34,003 nt of DNA from Candidatus Taenaricola geysiri. Lineage in GTDB: Bacteria; Omnitrophota; Gorgyraeia; Taenaricolales; Taenaricolaceae. The notes beneath the pieces were generated by a model. The model ran no database searches and had not been told where the DNA came from. It saw only the letters and a list, made by a program, of their open reading frames with translations. Position 1 is the stretch's first letter, and each line of letters opens with the position of its first letter. Location: the NCBI GenBank assembly GCA_002781985.1, contig PFGP01000123.1, positions 1 through 34,003 of the forward strand. Reading direction: 5' to 3'. The translations under genes were made by a program, and so were the position numbers. Shown here in pieces: positions 16,308 through 24,793 of this stretch.

Positions 16308-16714
16308 AAAAGGTTTTTGTATTTTTAGTCGTCTTAAGCATAGCGGCAGTATCTTTTGCCGATAACTGCCCAATAGCTAAATTTTATAAGGTTGACAGCG
16401 GCATTTATCGCGGGGCCGCACCAGGTGAAAAGGGCATGCAGCATCTTAAAGACAAAGGTATCAAAGCCATAATAGACCTTAGAACCGGGAAGGCCTCTGT
16501 ACTGAAGGAAAAACGGCTTGCTGAGAAGTTAGCGATAAGATATATTAATATTCCGTTAAACCCTATTTATGGCCTGCCTGAACAAAAACAGGTTGAAATG
16601 TTTTTAAAAATAACCAAAGACCCAAAAAACAGGCCTGTTTTTATCCATTGCCATAACGGCGTGCACAGGACAGGCAGGATGGTAGCTGTTTACCTGAAGG
16701 ATGCTTTAGAATGA
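16304..16714 (+). CDS. exported small Cys-based phosphatase (CX5R, PFA-DSP/Siw14-like)
   Basis: Signal peptide MKKVFVFLVVLSIAAVSFA and P-loop HCHNGVHRTG. A 4-nt ATGA overlap links it to the upstream gene. Confidence 0.7.
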   Translation: MKKVFVFLVVLSIAAVSFADNCPIAKFYKVDSGIYRGAAPGEKGMQHLKDKGIKAIIDLRTGKASVLKEKRLAEKLAIRYINIPLNPIYGLPEQKQVEMFLKITKDPKNRPVFIHCHNGVHRTGRMVAVYLKDALE

Positions 16715-17310
16715 ATCGTAAAGATTTATTGTCGGCATATAAAAAAAGAAAAAAAGAAATAAAACAACGCCTGGCGCAGTTTAACCGCGTCCGCAAACTT
16801 GGTAACAAGAGGTTGTTTAAGGAATTGTGTTTTTGTATATGCACCCCGCAATCAAAGGCAGTTAATTGCGATAAGGCGATACAACAGCTTGTTAAGGCAA
16901 AAGCGTTGTATAATGCCGTGCCTGAGGATATAGCTAGATATCTTAAAGGTTTGGTACGTTTTCATAATAACAAGGCGAAATATATAGTCCGGGCCAGGAA
17001 AATATTTTTTGACAGGCCTGAATTGAACCGCAAATGGCTTGTTAAAAATATCAAGGGCCTGGGGCTTAAAGAGGCCAGTCATTTTTTAAGAAACATAGGC
17101 CTTGGAAGTGACTTGGCTATAATAGATAGACATGTATTGACAAATCTCAGCAGGTGTGGTGTAATAAAAAGGATACCTGAAAGCATTTCAGCCAAACAAT
17201 ACCTTATAATTGAAGATAAAATGCGCAGGTTTTCCAAAGATATAGGCATTCCTATGGTAGAGCTTGATTTATTATTTTGGTCCGAAGAAACAGGGCATAT
17301 TTTTAAATAA
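16711..17310 (+). CDS. ogg: archaeal-type 8-oxoguanine DNA glycosylase / N-glycosylase-DNA lyase (Ogg2-like, HhH-GPD)
   Basis: HhH element GLGLKEASHFLRNIG followed by IIDRHVL. Size is about 200 aa, typical of this subgroup. Confidence 0.7.
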   Translation: MNRKDLLSAYKKRKKEIKQRLAQFNRVRKLGNKRLFKELCFCICTPQSKAVNCDKAIQQLVKAKALYNAVPEDIARYLKGLVRFHNNKAKYIVRARKIFFDRPELNRKWLVKNIKGLGLKEASHFLRNIGLGSDLAIIDRHVLTNLSRCGVIKRIPESISAKQYLIIEDKMRRFSKDIGIPMVELDLLFWSEETGHIFK

Positions 17311-17332
17311 TATATATAATAAGGAGAAGTCC

Positions 17333-18664
17333 ATGGCTAAAAAAACAAAGGCAGACGTATTAAAAATTGTAAAAGAGCGCAAGGTTAAATTTATACGCTT
17401 GTGGTTTACGGATGTTTTGGGTTTTTTAAAAGGATTCGCCATTACATCAGATGAACTGGAAAATGCGCTTGATGAGGGCATGGGTTTTGACGGTTCTTCC
17501 ATAGAGGGGTTTGCGCGTATAGAAGAATCCGATATGATCGCAAGGCCTGACATGGATACATTTGCCATACTTCCATGGCGCTCAGGAGACGAATACAGCG
17601 TAGCCAGGATGTTTTGCGATATATACGAGCCAAGTGGCAAGCCGTTTGAGGGCGATCCGCGCTATGTTTTAAAGCGCATGCTTGCAAAGGCAAAGGCCAT
17701 GGGTTTTACATATAATGTCGGGCCTGAGCTTGAATTCTTTTATTTCAAGGATTCGCAGGTTCCCCAGCCGCTGGATAACGGCGGGTATTTTGATCTTGTG
17801 CCGCTTGATGTGGCGCAGGATTTAAGGCGCGATACAATATTTATATTGCAGCAACTTGGCATTCAGGTTGAATATAGCCATCATGAGGTTGCTGCAAGCC
17901 AGCATGAGATAGATCTTCGTTATAAAGACGCCCTTACAATGGCCGATAACGTTATGACATACCGGCTTGTGGTAAAAGAAATTGCCAGAAAACACGGAGT
18001 TTATGCGACATTTATGCCAAAGCCCATATTCGGAATAAACGGTTCAGGTATGCATGTTCATCAGTCATTGTTTAAAGGCGATAAGAACGCGTTTTTTGAC
18101 GCCAAGGGTAAATATAATCTTTCAGAAACCGGCCAGGCGTATACTGCAGGCCTGTTAAAGCATGCGCCTGAAATAACATCTATCACAAGCCAGTGGGTTA
18201 ATTCTTACAAGCGGCTTGTGCCGGGATATGAAGCGCCTATTTATATTTGTTGGGCGCAGATGAACCGTTCTGCGCTTGTGCGCGTGCCTATGTATAAACC
18301 AGGCAAGGAAAAAGCAACGCGTATTGAATATCGGTCTCCTGACCCGGCGTGTAACCCGTATCTTGCGTTTTCGGCGATGCTTGCCGCAGGGCTTGAAGGG
18401 ATAGAAAAGAAATATAAACTTGCGCCTCCGGCAAATGATAATATTTATCATATGAGTGATGAAAAAAAACTCAAGGCCGGCATAAAATCTTTGCCTGAAG
18501 ATTTGTTTGAGGCGATAAAGATTACAGGAAGCAGTAAACTGATAAAAGAATCATTGGGAGAAAAGGTTTTTGAGTATTTTATCCGGAACAAAAAAATGGA
18601 ATGGGATGAATATAAAGCCCAGGTTACACAGTACGAAATAAACAAATACCTGCCTATACTATAA
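17333..18664 (+). CDS. glnA: glutamine synthetase type I
   Basis: The ATG at 17333 is preceded by AAGGAG at 17321-17326; the longer track ORF from 17264 overlaps ogg. Motifs seen: FTDVLG, GFDGSSIEGF, EVAASQHEID, GSGMHVHQSL, NPYLAF. Confidence 0.9.
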   Translation: MAKKTKADVLKIVKERKVKFIRLWFTDVLGFLKGFAITSDELENALDEGMGFDGSSIEGFARIEESDMIARPDMDTFAILPWRSGDEYSVARMFCDIYEPSGKPFEGDPRYVLKRMLAKAKAMGFTYNVGPELEFFYFKDSQVPQPLDNGGYFDLVPLDVAQDLRRDTIFILQQLGIQVEYSHHEVAASQHEIDLRYKDALTMADNVMTYRLVVKEIARKHGVYATFMPKPIFGINGSGMHVHQSLFKGDKNAFFDAKGKYNLSETGQAYTAGLLKHAPEITSITSQWVNSYKRLVPGYEAPIYICWAQMNRSALVRVPMYKPGKEKATRIEYRSPDPACNPYLAFSAMLAAGLEGIEKKYKLAPPANDNIYHMSDEKKLKAGIKSLPEDLFEAIKITGSSKLIKESLGEKVFEYFIRNKKMEWDEYKAQVTQYEINKYLPIL

Positions 18665-18674
18665 AAATACCCTT

Positions 18675-19532
18675 ATGAAGATAATGGATAAAGAAATTTT
18701 ATCAGACGTCCATGGCGTCAGGATTTTACGTATGGATATCCACGCGCCTTTATTGGCTTCAAAGGCTTCCCCCGGGCAGTTTATTGCTGTCATGGCAGTT
18801 GAGCAGGGCGAGAGGATTCCACTGACTGTTGTTGATAGCGATGCAAAAAAGGGCGTGATCACGATCATATTACAGGAGGTTGGCCTGACCACTAAACTTC
18901 TTGGCAGGCTAAACCCGGGAGATTCTTTATATTCCATGGTTGGCCCTCTTGGCCATCCTACAGAAATAAAAAATTACGGCCAGGTGGTTTTAGTCGGCGG
19001 CGGGGTTGGAATAGCCGAGATATATCCTGTAGCAAAGGCATTAAAAAAGGCAGGAAATAAAGTCATAACTATAATCGGCGCCAGGTCAAAAGAGCTTTTA
19101 ATTCTGGAAAAAGAATTAAAAGCGGTTTCAGGCGAATTGCATGTAACTACAGACGATGGTTCTTATGCCAGAAAAGGTTTTGTGACAGATGTGCTGAAAG
19201 ATGTTATTGCGAAATGCGATAATGTAGGGACAGAACAGTGTTCTGTCCCTACAGCCCTTGTTTACGCCGTAGGGCCAATTCCAATGATGAAGGCGGTTTC
19301 ATCCGTTACCAAGCCGGCAGGCATCAAGACATTAGTTTCATTAAACGCGCTTATGGTGGATGCTACGGGTATGTGCGGTTGCTGCCGCGTTACAATCGGC
19401 AATGAAACAAAATTCAGCTGTGTGGACGGGCCTGATTTTGACGCTCATCTTGTGGATTGGGATGAATTGACAAAAAGAAGCAGGATTTATATAGACAAGG
19501 AAAAACATATTTGCAACCTGAATAAATTATGA
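18675..19532 (+). CDS. FAD/NAD(P)-binding ferredoxin-reductase-like subunit with C-terminal [2Fe-2S] motif (NfnA / sulfide dehydrogenase-like)
   Basis: Motifs PGQFI.. and VGGGVGIAE, plus the C-terminal DATGMCGCCRV....FSCVDGP cluster. A 4-nt overlap links it to the next gene. Confidence 0.8.
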   Translation: MKIMDKEILSDVHGVRILRMDIHAPLLASKASPGQFIAVMAVEQGERIPLTVVDSDAKKGVITIILQEVGLTTKLLGRLNPGDSLYSMVGPLGHPTEIKNYGQVVLVGGGVGIAEIYPVAKALKKAGNKVITIIGARSKELLILEKELKAVSGELHVTTDDGSYARKGFVTDVLKDVIAKCDNVGTEQCSVPTALVYAVGPIPMMKAVSSVTKPAGIKTLVSLNALMVDATGMCGCCRVTIGNETKFSCVDGPDFDAHLVDWDELTKRSRIYIDKEKHICNLNKL

Positions 19533-20971
19533 ACAAAACTCCTTTAAAACCAAAAGAAATAGACGCATTGAAAAGATCCGTAAACTTTGATGAGGTGGTG
19601 CTTGGTTACAGTGAAAGCGATGCCCTTGCCGAAGCGGCGCGCTGCATACAGTGCAAGGCGCCGAAATGCGTTGCAGGCTGTCCGGTAGGCATAGGCATAA
19701 AAAAATTTATTTACCAGATAACGCAGAAAGATTACAGGGCGGCATACCGGACGATAAGGGAGAAAAATAATTTTCCTTCTCTTTGCGGCAGGGTCTGCCC
19801 GGCAGAATACCAGTGCAGAAAAACATGCATATTTACTAAAAAAGATGAGCCTTTTGCCAGTGACGGCGCAATCAACATACATTTTTTGGAAAGGTTTATC
19901 GGCGATTACGGGATGAAAAATAAAATTTCTGACGTGATGGGGACAGGTTTAAAACCTGTCCCCATCACGCGGCCGCTTTCTAAATTCAAGGTTGCTATTG
20001 TTGGTTCGGGGCCTGCCGGGCTTTGTTGCGCAGGCGAGCTTGTCAGAAACGGCATAAAGGTTGTTATTTTTGAAGGTTTGCATAAGACAGGCGGAGTGCT
20101 TCGCTATGGCATACCGCCGTTCAGGTTGCCGCGGGATATACTGGATTTTGAAATAAACTGCCTTAAAGACCTGGGCGTTGAAATAGATACCAATTTTATC
20201 GTCGGAAAAACAAAGACTTTAGATGAACTATTTGTTGATGGATTTTCAGCGATATTTTTAGGGCTTGGAGCGGGTATTCCGTCATTTTTAGTCATAAAAG
20301 GCGAAAATCTGTGTAATATATATTCAGCTAATGAATTTTTGACAAGGGTTAACCTGATGTCTGCCTATAAATTCCCCCAGGCGCATACGCCTGTTAATGA
20401 AGGTAAGCATATTATAGTTGTAGGCGGTGGTAATACCGCCATAGATGCTGCAAGGTGCGCCTTGCGCCTTCAGAAAAGAGCAGGCATGAAACCTGATACG
20501 ACCATTGTTTACAGGCGCACAGAAGTTGAAATGCCTGCGCGTAGGCTTGAGATAGAACACGCTAAGGAAGAAGGCGTGATTTTTAGGTTTTTGGTGAAAC
20601 CAAGTGAATTTGTAGGAGATGAAAACGGGTTTGTAAAAAAACTTACAAGCCTTGAATGTACGCTAGGCGAACCTGATGCCTCAGGTAGAAGAAGGCCTGT
20701 TGAAAAGCCCGGCAGTAACTTTGATATGGAATGTGACATGGCTGTTATAGCAGTCGGCCTTAAGGCAAATCAGATTTTAACAAAGGTAACGCCGCAATTA
20801 AAGGTTGATAAATATGGTGATGTTATGGTCAACCCTGAGACAATGGAGACTTCTATAAAAAGGGTTTTTGCGGGAGGCGATATAGTAGGAGGCGAAGGTA
20901 CAGTAATAGAGGCCATGGGAATGGCTAAAAAAGCGGCAAACGGGATAATTAACGTGCTTCGCTCACTGTAA
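19529..20971 (+). CDS. GltD/NfnB-family NAD(P)H-dependent oxidoreductase (glutamate synthase small-subunit-like)
   Basis: N-terminal Cys motifs CIQCKAPKCVAGCP and CGRVCPAEYQCRKTC. Two dinucleotide folds follow: KVAIVGSGPAGL and VVGGGNTAIDAAR. Confidence 0.85.
   Translation: MNKTPLKPKEIDALKRSVNFDEVVLGYSESDALAEAARCIQCKAPKCVAGCPVGIGIKKFIYQITQKDYRAAYRTIREKNNFPSLCGRVCPAEYQCRKTCIFTKKDEPFASDGAINIHFLERFIGDYGMKNKISDVMGTGLKPVPITRPLSKFKVAIVGSGPAGLCCAGELVRNGIKVVIFEGLHKTGGVLRYGIPPFRLPRDILDFEINCLKDLGVEIDTNFIVGKTKTLDELFVDGFSAIFLGLGAGIPSFLVIKGENLCNIYSANEFLTRVNLMSAYKFPQAHTPVNEGKHIIVVGGGNTAIDAARCALRLQKRAGMKPDTTIVYRRTEVEMPARRLEIEHAKEEGVIFRFLVKPSEFVGDENGFVKKLTSLECTLGEPDASGRRRPVEKPGSNFDMECDMAVIAVGLKANQILTKVTPQLKVDKYGDVMVNPETMETSIKRVFAGGDIVGGEGTVIEAMGMAKKAANGIINVLRSL
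19933..19969. repeat. perfect 37-nt palindrome (18-bp arms, 1-nt spacer) inside the nfnB/gltD-like CDS
   Basis: CGTGATGGGGACAGGTTT a AAACCTGTCCCCATCACG, checked base by base against the reading frame. It encodes DVMGTGLKPVPIT. Confidence 0.9.
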
Positions 20972-21009
20972 GAGCGGGCTAAATTTGACAATGTATGTCA
21001 GGCGGAAAA

Positions 21010-22347
21010 ATGAGCAGCAAAATTGAAGCCTTTATGGCAAGGGTGATTGAAAAGAATCCGGGCGAAAAAGAGTTTCACCAGGCAGTAAGAGAGGTGGTTG
21101 AGTCGGTAATGCCGTTTATTGACAAAAATCCGAAATACCAGCAACATAAGGTGTTGGAAAGAATGATTGAGCCTGAGCGCGTAATTATGTTTCGCGTGTC
21201 GTGGCTGGATGATAAAGGCGAGATCCAGGTAAACAGGGGCTTTCGCATACAGATGAACAGCGCCATAGGCCCGTACAAAGGCGGCATTCGTCTTCATCCC
21301 AGCGTAAATCTCGGAGTCCTTAAGTTTTTGGCATTCGAGCAGGTTTTTAAAAATAGTTTAACAACTCTTCCTATGGGTGGGGCCAAGGGTGGTTCTGATT
21401 TTGACCCGAAGGGAAAATCAGATAATGAGGTAATGAAATTCTGCCAGAGTTTTATGACAGAATTACAGAGGTATATAGGCCCTGATACCGATGTGCCTGC
21501 AGGCGATATCGGAACAGGCGGCCGCGAAATAGGGTATATGTTCGGTCAGTACAAAAGGTTGCGCAATGAATTTACAGGAGTGTTAACAGGAAAAGCTTTA
21601 AATTGGGGCGGAAGTTTGATAAGGCCTGGAGCAACAGGTTATGGCTGTGTTTATTTTGTGCAGGAAATGTTGAAGACAAGAGGAGAATCTTTTAAAGGTA
21701 AAATATGCGCTGTTTCAGGTTCAGGAAACGTCGCGCAATATACAGTGGAGAAACTTATTGAATTAGGGGCGAAGGTTGTAACACTTTCTGATTCAAACGG
21801 TTTTATTCATGACGAAGGTGGCATAGACAAAAAAGAGCTTGATTGCGTTTTACACCTCAAGAACGTGAAAAGGGCAAGGATTAAGGATTGCGCAAAGGAA
21901 TTTGGCTGCAAGTATTTTGAAGGCGAGCGGCCATGGAGGATAAAATGCGATATAGCGTTTCCTTCAGCTACACAGAATGAAATAAGCGAGGCTGACGCAA
22001 AGGCTCTGGTCAAAAACGGCTGTATGGCAATAGGTGAAGGCGCCAATATGCCTACAACTCCTGAAGGTATAAAGGTTTTTCAGGACGCAAAGATTCTTTA
22101 TGCTCCTGGAAAGGCAGCCAACGCAGGCGGTGTCGCGACAAGCGGCTTGGAGATGTCGCAGAACAGTATGAGGCTGTCATGGACAAGGGAAGAAGTTGAC
22201 AGAAGACTGCACGACATAATGATAGCGATACACGAACAGTGTGTCAAATACGGCAAGGAAGGCAAATACATCAATTATGTAAAAGGCGCTAACATTGCCG
22301 GATTTGTAAAAGTCGCTGATGCGATGATTGACCAGGGCCTGGTTTAA
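21010..22347 (+). CDS. gdhA: NADP-type glutamate dehydrogenase
   Basis: Motifs GGIRLHP, PMGGAKGGSDFDPKGKS and GSGNVAQY. The start is uncertain: ATG 21010 has an AGG/GGA purine patch upstream, while ATG 20995 is 5 codons longer with no SD. Confidence 0.85.
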   Translation: MSSKIEAFMARVIEKNPGEKEFHQAVREVVESVMPFIDKNPKYQQHKVLERMIEPERVIMFRVSWLDDKGEIQVNRGFRIQMNSAIGPYKGGIRLHPSVNLGVLKFLAFEQVFKNSLTTLPMGGAKGGSDFDPKGKSDNEVMKFCQSFMTELQRYIGPDTDVPAGDIGTGGREIGYMFGQYKRLRNEFTGVLTGKALNWGGSLIRPGATGYGCVYFVQEMLKTRGESFKGKICAVSGSGNVAQYTVEKLIELGAKVVTLSDSNGFIHDEGGIDKKELDCVLHLKNVKRARIKDCAKEFGCKYFEGERPWRIKCDIAFPSATQNEISEADAKALVKNGCMAIGEGANMPTTPEGIKVFQDAKILYAPGKAANAGGVATSGLEMSQNSMRLSWTREEVDRRLHDIMIAIHEQCVKYGKEGKYINYVKGANIAGFVKVADAMIDQGLV

Positions 22348-22366
22348 AAATCAATCAAGATCAGTA

Positions 22367-22395
22367 TTGACAAGTATCGTATTTTGTGATAAAAT
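22367..22395 (+). promoter_or_regulatory. sigma70-type promoter with extended -10 (TTGACA-17-TGaTAAAAT)
   Basis: TTGACA at 22367-22372, TG at 22387-22388, TAAAAT at 22390-22395. Confidence 0.55.
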
Positions 22396-22446
22396 TAAAA
22401 CAATAATAGAATAGAGCGCAATGTAAGCGCTTAAAAAAGGGACAAT

Positions 22447-22489
22447 GGCGTTTTATGTCGTACAACTGACGTAAAACGCCTTATTTTTT
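22447..22489 (+). terminator. leader terminator/attenuator hairpin L1, immediately before the GAF-ANTAR start codon
   Basis: A 13-bp stem (GGCGTTTTATGTC/GACGTAAAACGCC, one G-U pair) encloses an 8-nt loop. The run TTATTTTTT follows and ends at the ATG (22490). It lies downstream of the predicted promoter. Confidence 0.6.
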
Positions 22490-23191
22490 ATGGAAAATAT
22501 AAATTTTCAAGAAAATATAAAAGCGCTGTCTAAAATAAGCAAGGCAATAGCCTCAGATTTATATCTTGAGGATATTTTGCGTCTTATAGTCAGCGTTACG
22601 GCAGAGGTAATGGGTTCTAATATATGTTCTCTAATACTTGTAGATGAAGCAAAACAGGAGCTGGTTATTAGGGCTACACAAAGCATTAGTGAAGAGTATA
22701 ACAAGAAAAAGCCTCTTAAGATAGGCGAAGGCATTGCGGGAAAAGCTATTGAGCAAAATAGGCCTATTGTGGTAAAAGACGTAACAAAGGAAGCCGAGTA
22801 TAAGCATAAAGATATAGCGAAAAAAGAAGGCCTCAAATCGCTTTTATGTGTTCCGCTGGTGGTAAAAAACAAGGTTATAGGCGCAATAAACTGCTATACA
22901 AACAAGGCCCACAATTTTAGCGATACGGAAATCAACATCCTCACTTCAATAGCTAGCCAGGCGGCTGTTGCCATAGAGAACACAGAGTTGTTGGTAAAGA
23001 CAAAAATAATAAGAGAGGAACTCGAGGCGCGTAAAAAAGTAGAGCGCGCAAAAGGTATTTTAATGAAAGAGGAAGGTATGGCAGAGGACCAGGCTTACCT
23101 GAAGCTTCAGAAATACAGTATGGACATGCGAAAGAGCATGCGCGAAGTCGCAGAAGCTATTATTCTGGCCCACGAATTTAAGAAACAATAA
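22490..23191 (+). CDS. GAF + ANTAR domain RNA-binding antitermination regulator
   Basis: N-terminal GAF domain (..ICSLILVDE..ELVIRA.., GEGIAGKAIE, AINCY). C-terminal ANTAR region (RKKVERAKGILMKEEGMAEDQAYLKLQKYSMDMRKSMREVAEAII). No SD precedes the ATG. Confidence 0.85.
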   Translation: MENINFQENIKALSKISKAIASDLYLEDILRLIVSVTAEVMGSNICSLILVDEAKQELVIRATQSISEEYNKKKPLKIGEGIAGKAIEQNRPIVVKDVTKEAEYKHKDIAKKEGLKSLLCVPLVVKNKVIGAINCYTNKAHNFSDTEINILTSIASQAAVAIENTELLVKTKIIREELEARKKVERAKGILMKEEGMAEDQAYLKLQKYSMDMRKSMREVAEAIILAHEFKKQ

Positions 23192-23209
23192 TAAAGAAAG
23201 GATGGGGTT

Positions 23210-24793
23210 ATGAATCTGTTAAAGCCTAATAGCAACGACGCTACAGGGACTTTTAATCGTTCGAAAAACGTAGTACCGTGTTCAGGTTTGTGTTCAAAGT
23301 GTCTTGAGTCATGCAGGGGCAATTGCGAGATTTTCAAATCTTCATTTAGAGGCAGAGAGGTTATATATCCGGGGCCGTTTGGAGAGATGACAGCCGGCGG
23401 CGATAAAAATTATCCGATAGATTATTCTCATCTTAATATACAGGGCTATGCCCAGGGCGCAAAAGGCCTGGAAAAAGGTATAGAGGGCAATCCTGACACA
23501 GCTACATTTCCCGATGTGGATACCCAGATAGAATACGGCTGGGATAAAAAGGTAAAGATGCAGGTACCGATTTTTACCGGCGCCTTAGGATCGACGGAAA
23601 TCGCGCGTAAACATTGGGAATCTTTTGCTATAGGCGCCGCGATATCAGGCATTACACTTGTGTGCGGGGAAAATGTTTGCGGTATTGACCCGAAACTTGA
23701 GCTGGATTTCAAAGGCAAAATTACCAAGGCGCCTGACATGGACAGGCGTATTGAGGCGTATAAAAAGTTTCATAATGGTTTCGGCGAAATACTTGTTCAG
23801 ATGAACGTCGAAGATACCAGGCTTGGCGTCGCGGAGTATGTAAGAAAAAAACACAGTTTGGAAACTATAGAGTTGAAATGGGGCCAGGGCGCAAAGTGTA
23901 TAGGCGGTGAGATAAAAGTAAAAAGTATTGAAAGGGCGCAGGAGCTTAAAAAGCGCGGCTATATTGTTACGCCTGACCCGACAGTTCATGCAACACAGGA
24001 AGCGTTTAAAGACAAGGCGATAAAGGAATTTGAAAGGCATTCGCGGCTTGGTTTTGTCTCCGAGGAAAGCTTTATGAAAGAGATAAAGCGCTTAAGAGAC
24101 CTCGGGTTTAAGAGAATAACCTTAAAGACAGGCGCTTATTCAATGGTTGAGCTTGCGCAGGCGATTAAATTTTCGTCAATGGCGAATATAGATTTATTGA
24201 CAATTGACGGCGCGCCCGGCGGCACAGGGATGAGCCCGTGGCGCATGATGCAGGAATGGGGCATACCGACATTTTATCTGGAAGCGCTTATGTATGAATT
24301 TTGTGAGAAATTGGCAAAAAAGAAAATGAGAATTCCTGATATTGCGATGGCAGGCGGATTTTCCCTGGAGGATCACGTTTTTAAGGCCATAGCAATGGGC
24401 GCGCCTTATGTAAAAGCGGTTTGCATGGGAAGGGCGTTAATGATACCCGGTTTTGTCGGTAAGAATATAGAGGAATGGATTAAAACCAATACATTGCCGT
24501 CTACCGTATCCGAATTCGGCAAGACCGCCAAAGAGATATTCGTTTCTTATGAAGAGCTTGCGGATAAATACGGCAAGGACATGAAAGATATTCCTTTGGG
24601 CGCTGTCGGGGTTTATACATTCAGCCAGAGAATAAGAGTTGGTTTGCAGCAATTGATGGCAGGCTCCAGAAATTTTAAGGTAAACACCATTTCAAGAAAA
24701 GACCTGATGAGCCTGACAGAAGATGCGGCAAAGGTGTCAGGTATCGCTTATGTAATGGATGCCTACAGAAAAGAGGCCGAAGCGGTTCTTTAA
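23210..24793 (+). CDS. glutamate synthase-related FMN/Fe-S domain protein (GltB central domain only) with N-terminal Cys cluster
   Basis: Motifs IDGAPGGTGMSPW and AMAGGFSLEDHVFKAIAMGA. The N-terminal cluster reads CSGLCSKCLESCRGNC. No Ntn-amidotransferase or GXGXG domain is present. Confidence 0.8.
   Translation: MNLLKPNSNDATGTFNRSKNVVPCSGLCSKCLESCRGNCEIFKSSFRGREVIYPGPFGEMTAGGDKNYPIDYSHLNIQGYAQGAKGLEKGIEGNPDTATFPDVDTQIEYGWDKKVKMQVPIFTGALGSTEIARKHWESFAIGAAISGITLVCGENVCGIDPKLELDFKGKITKAPDMDRRIEAYKKFHNGFGEILVQMNVEDTRLGVAEYVRKKHSLETIELKWGQGAKCIGGEIKVKSIERAQELKKRGYIVTPDPTVHATQEAFKDKAIKEFERHSRLGFVSEESFMKEIKRLRDLGFKRITLKTGAYSMVELAQAIKFSSMANIDLLTIDGAPGGTGMSPWRMMQEWGIPTFYLEALMYEFCEKLAKKKMRIPDIAMAGGFSLEDHVFKAIAMGAPYVKAVCMGRALMIPGFVGKNIEEWIKTNTLPSTVSEFGKTAKEIFVSYEELADKYGKDMKDIPLGAVGVYTFSQRIRVGLQQLMAGSRNFKVNTISRKDLMSLTEDAAKVSGIAYVMDAYRKEAEAVL

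Noticed and set aside
19933-19976. The 37-nt palindrome acting as an intrinsic terminator.
   Set aside because: It lies inside an intact CDS whose downstream two thirds carry all the expected motifs. It is followed by GCGGCCGCTTTC, not a U-tract.
22396-22489. A canonical ANTAR target (two short hairpins with hexaloops having A at position 1 and G at position 4, the second overlapping the terminator).
   Set aside because: The only upstream hairpin has a 7-nt loop (AAUGUAA). I could not fold a second hexaloop hairpin over the terminator 5' arm in any of the three leaders. The ANTAR link is therefore kept only as a hypothesis.
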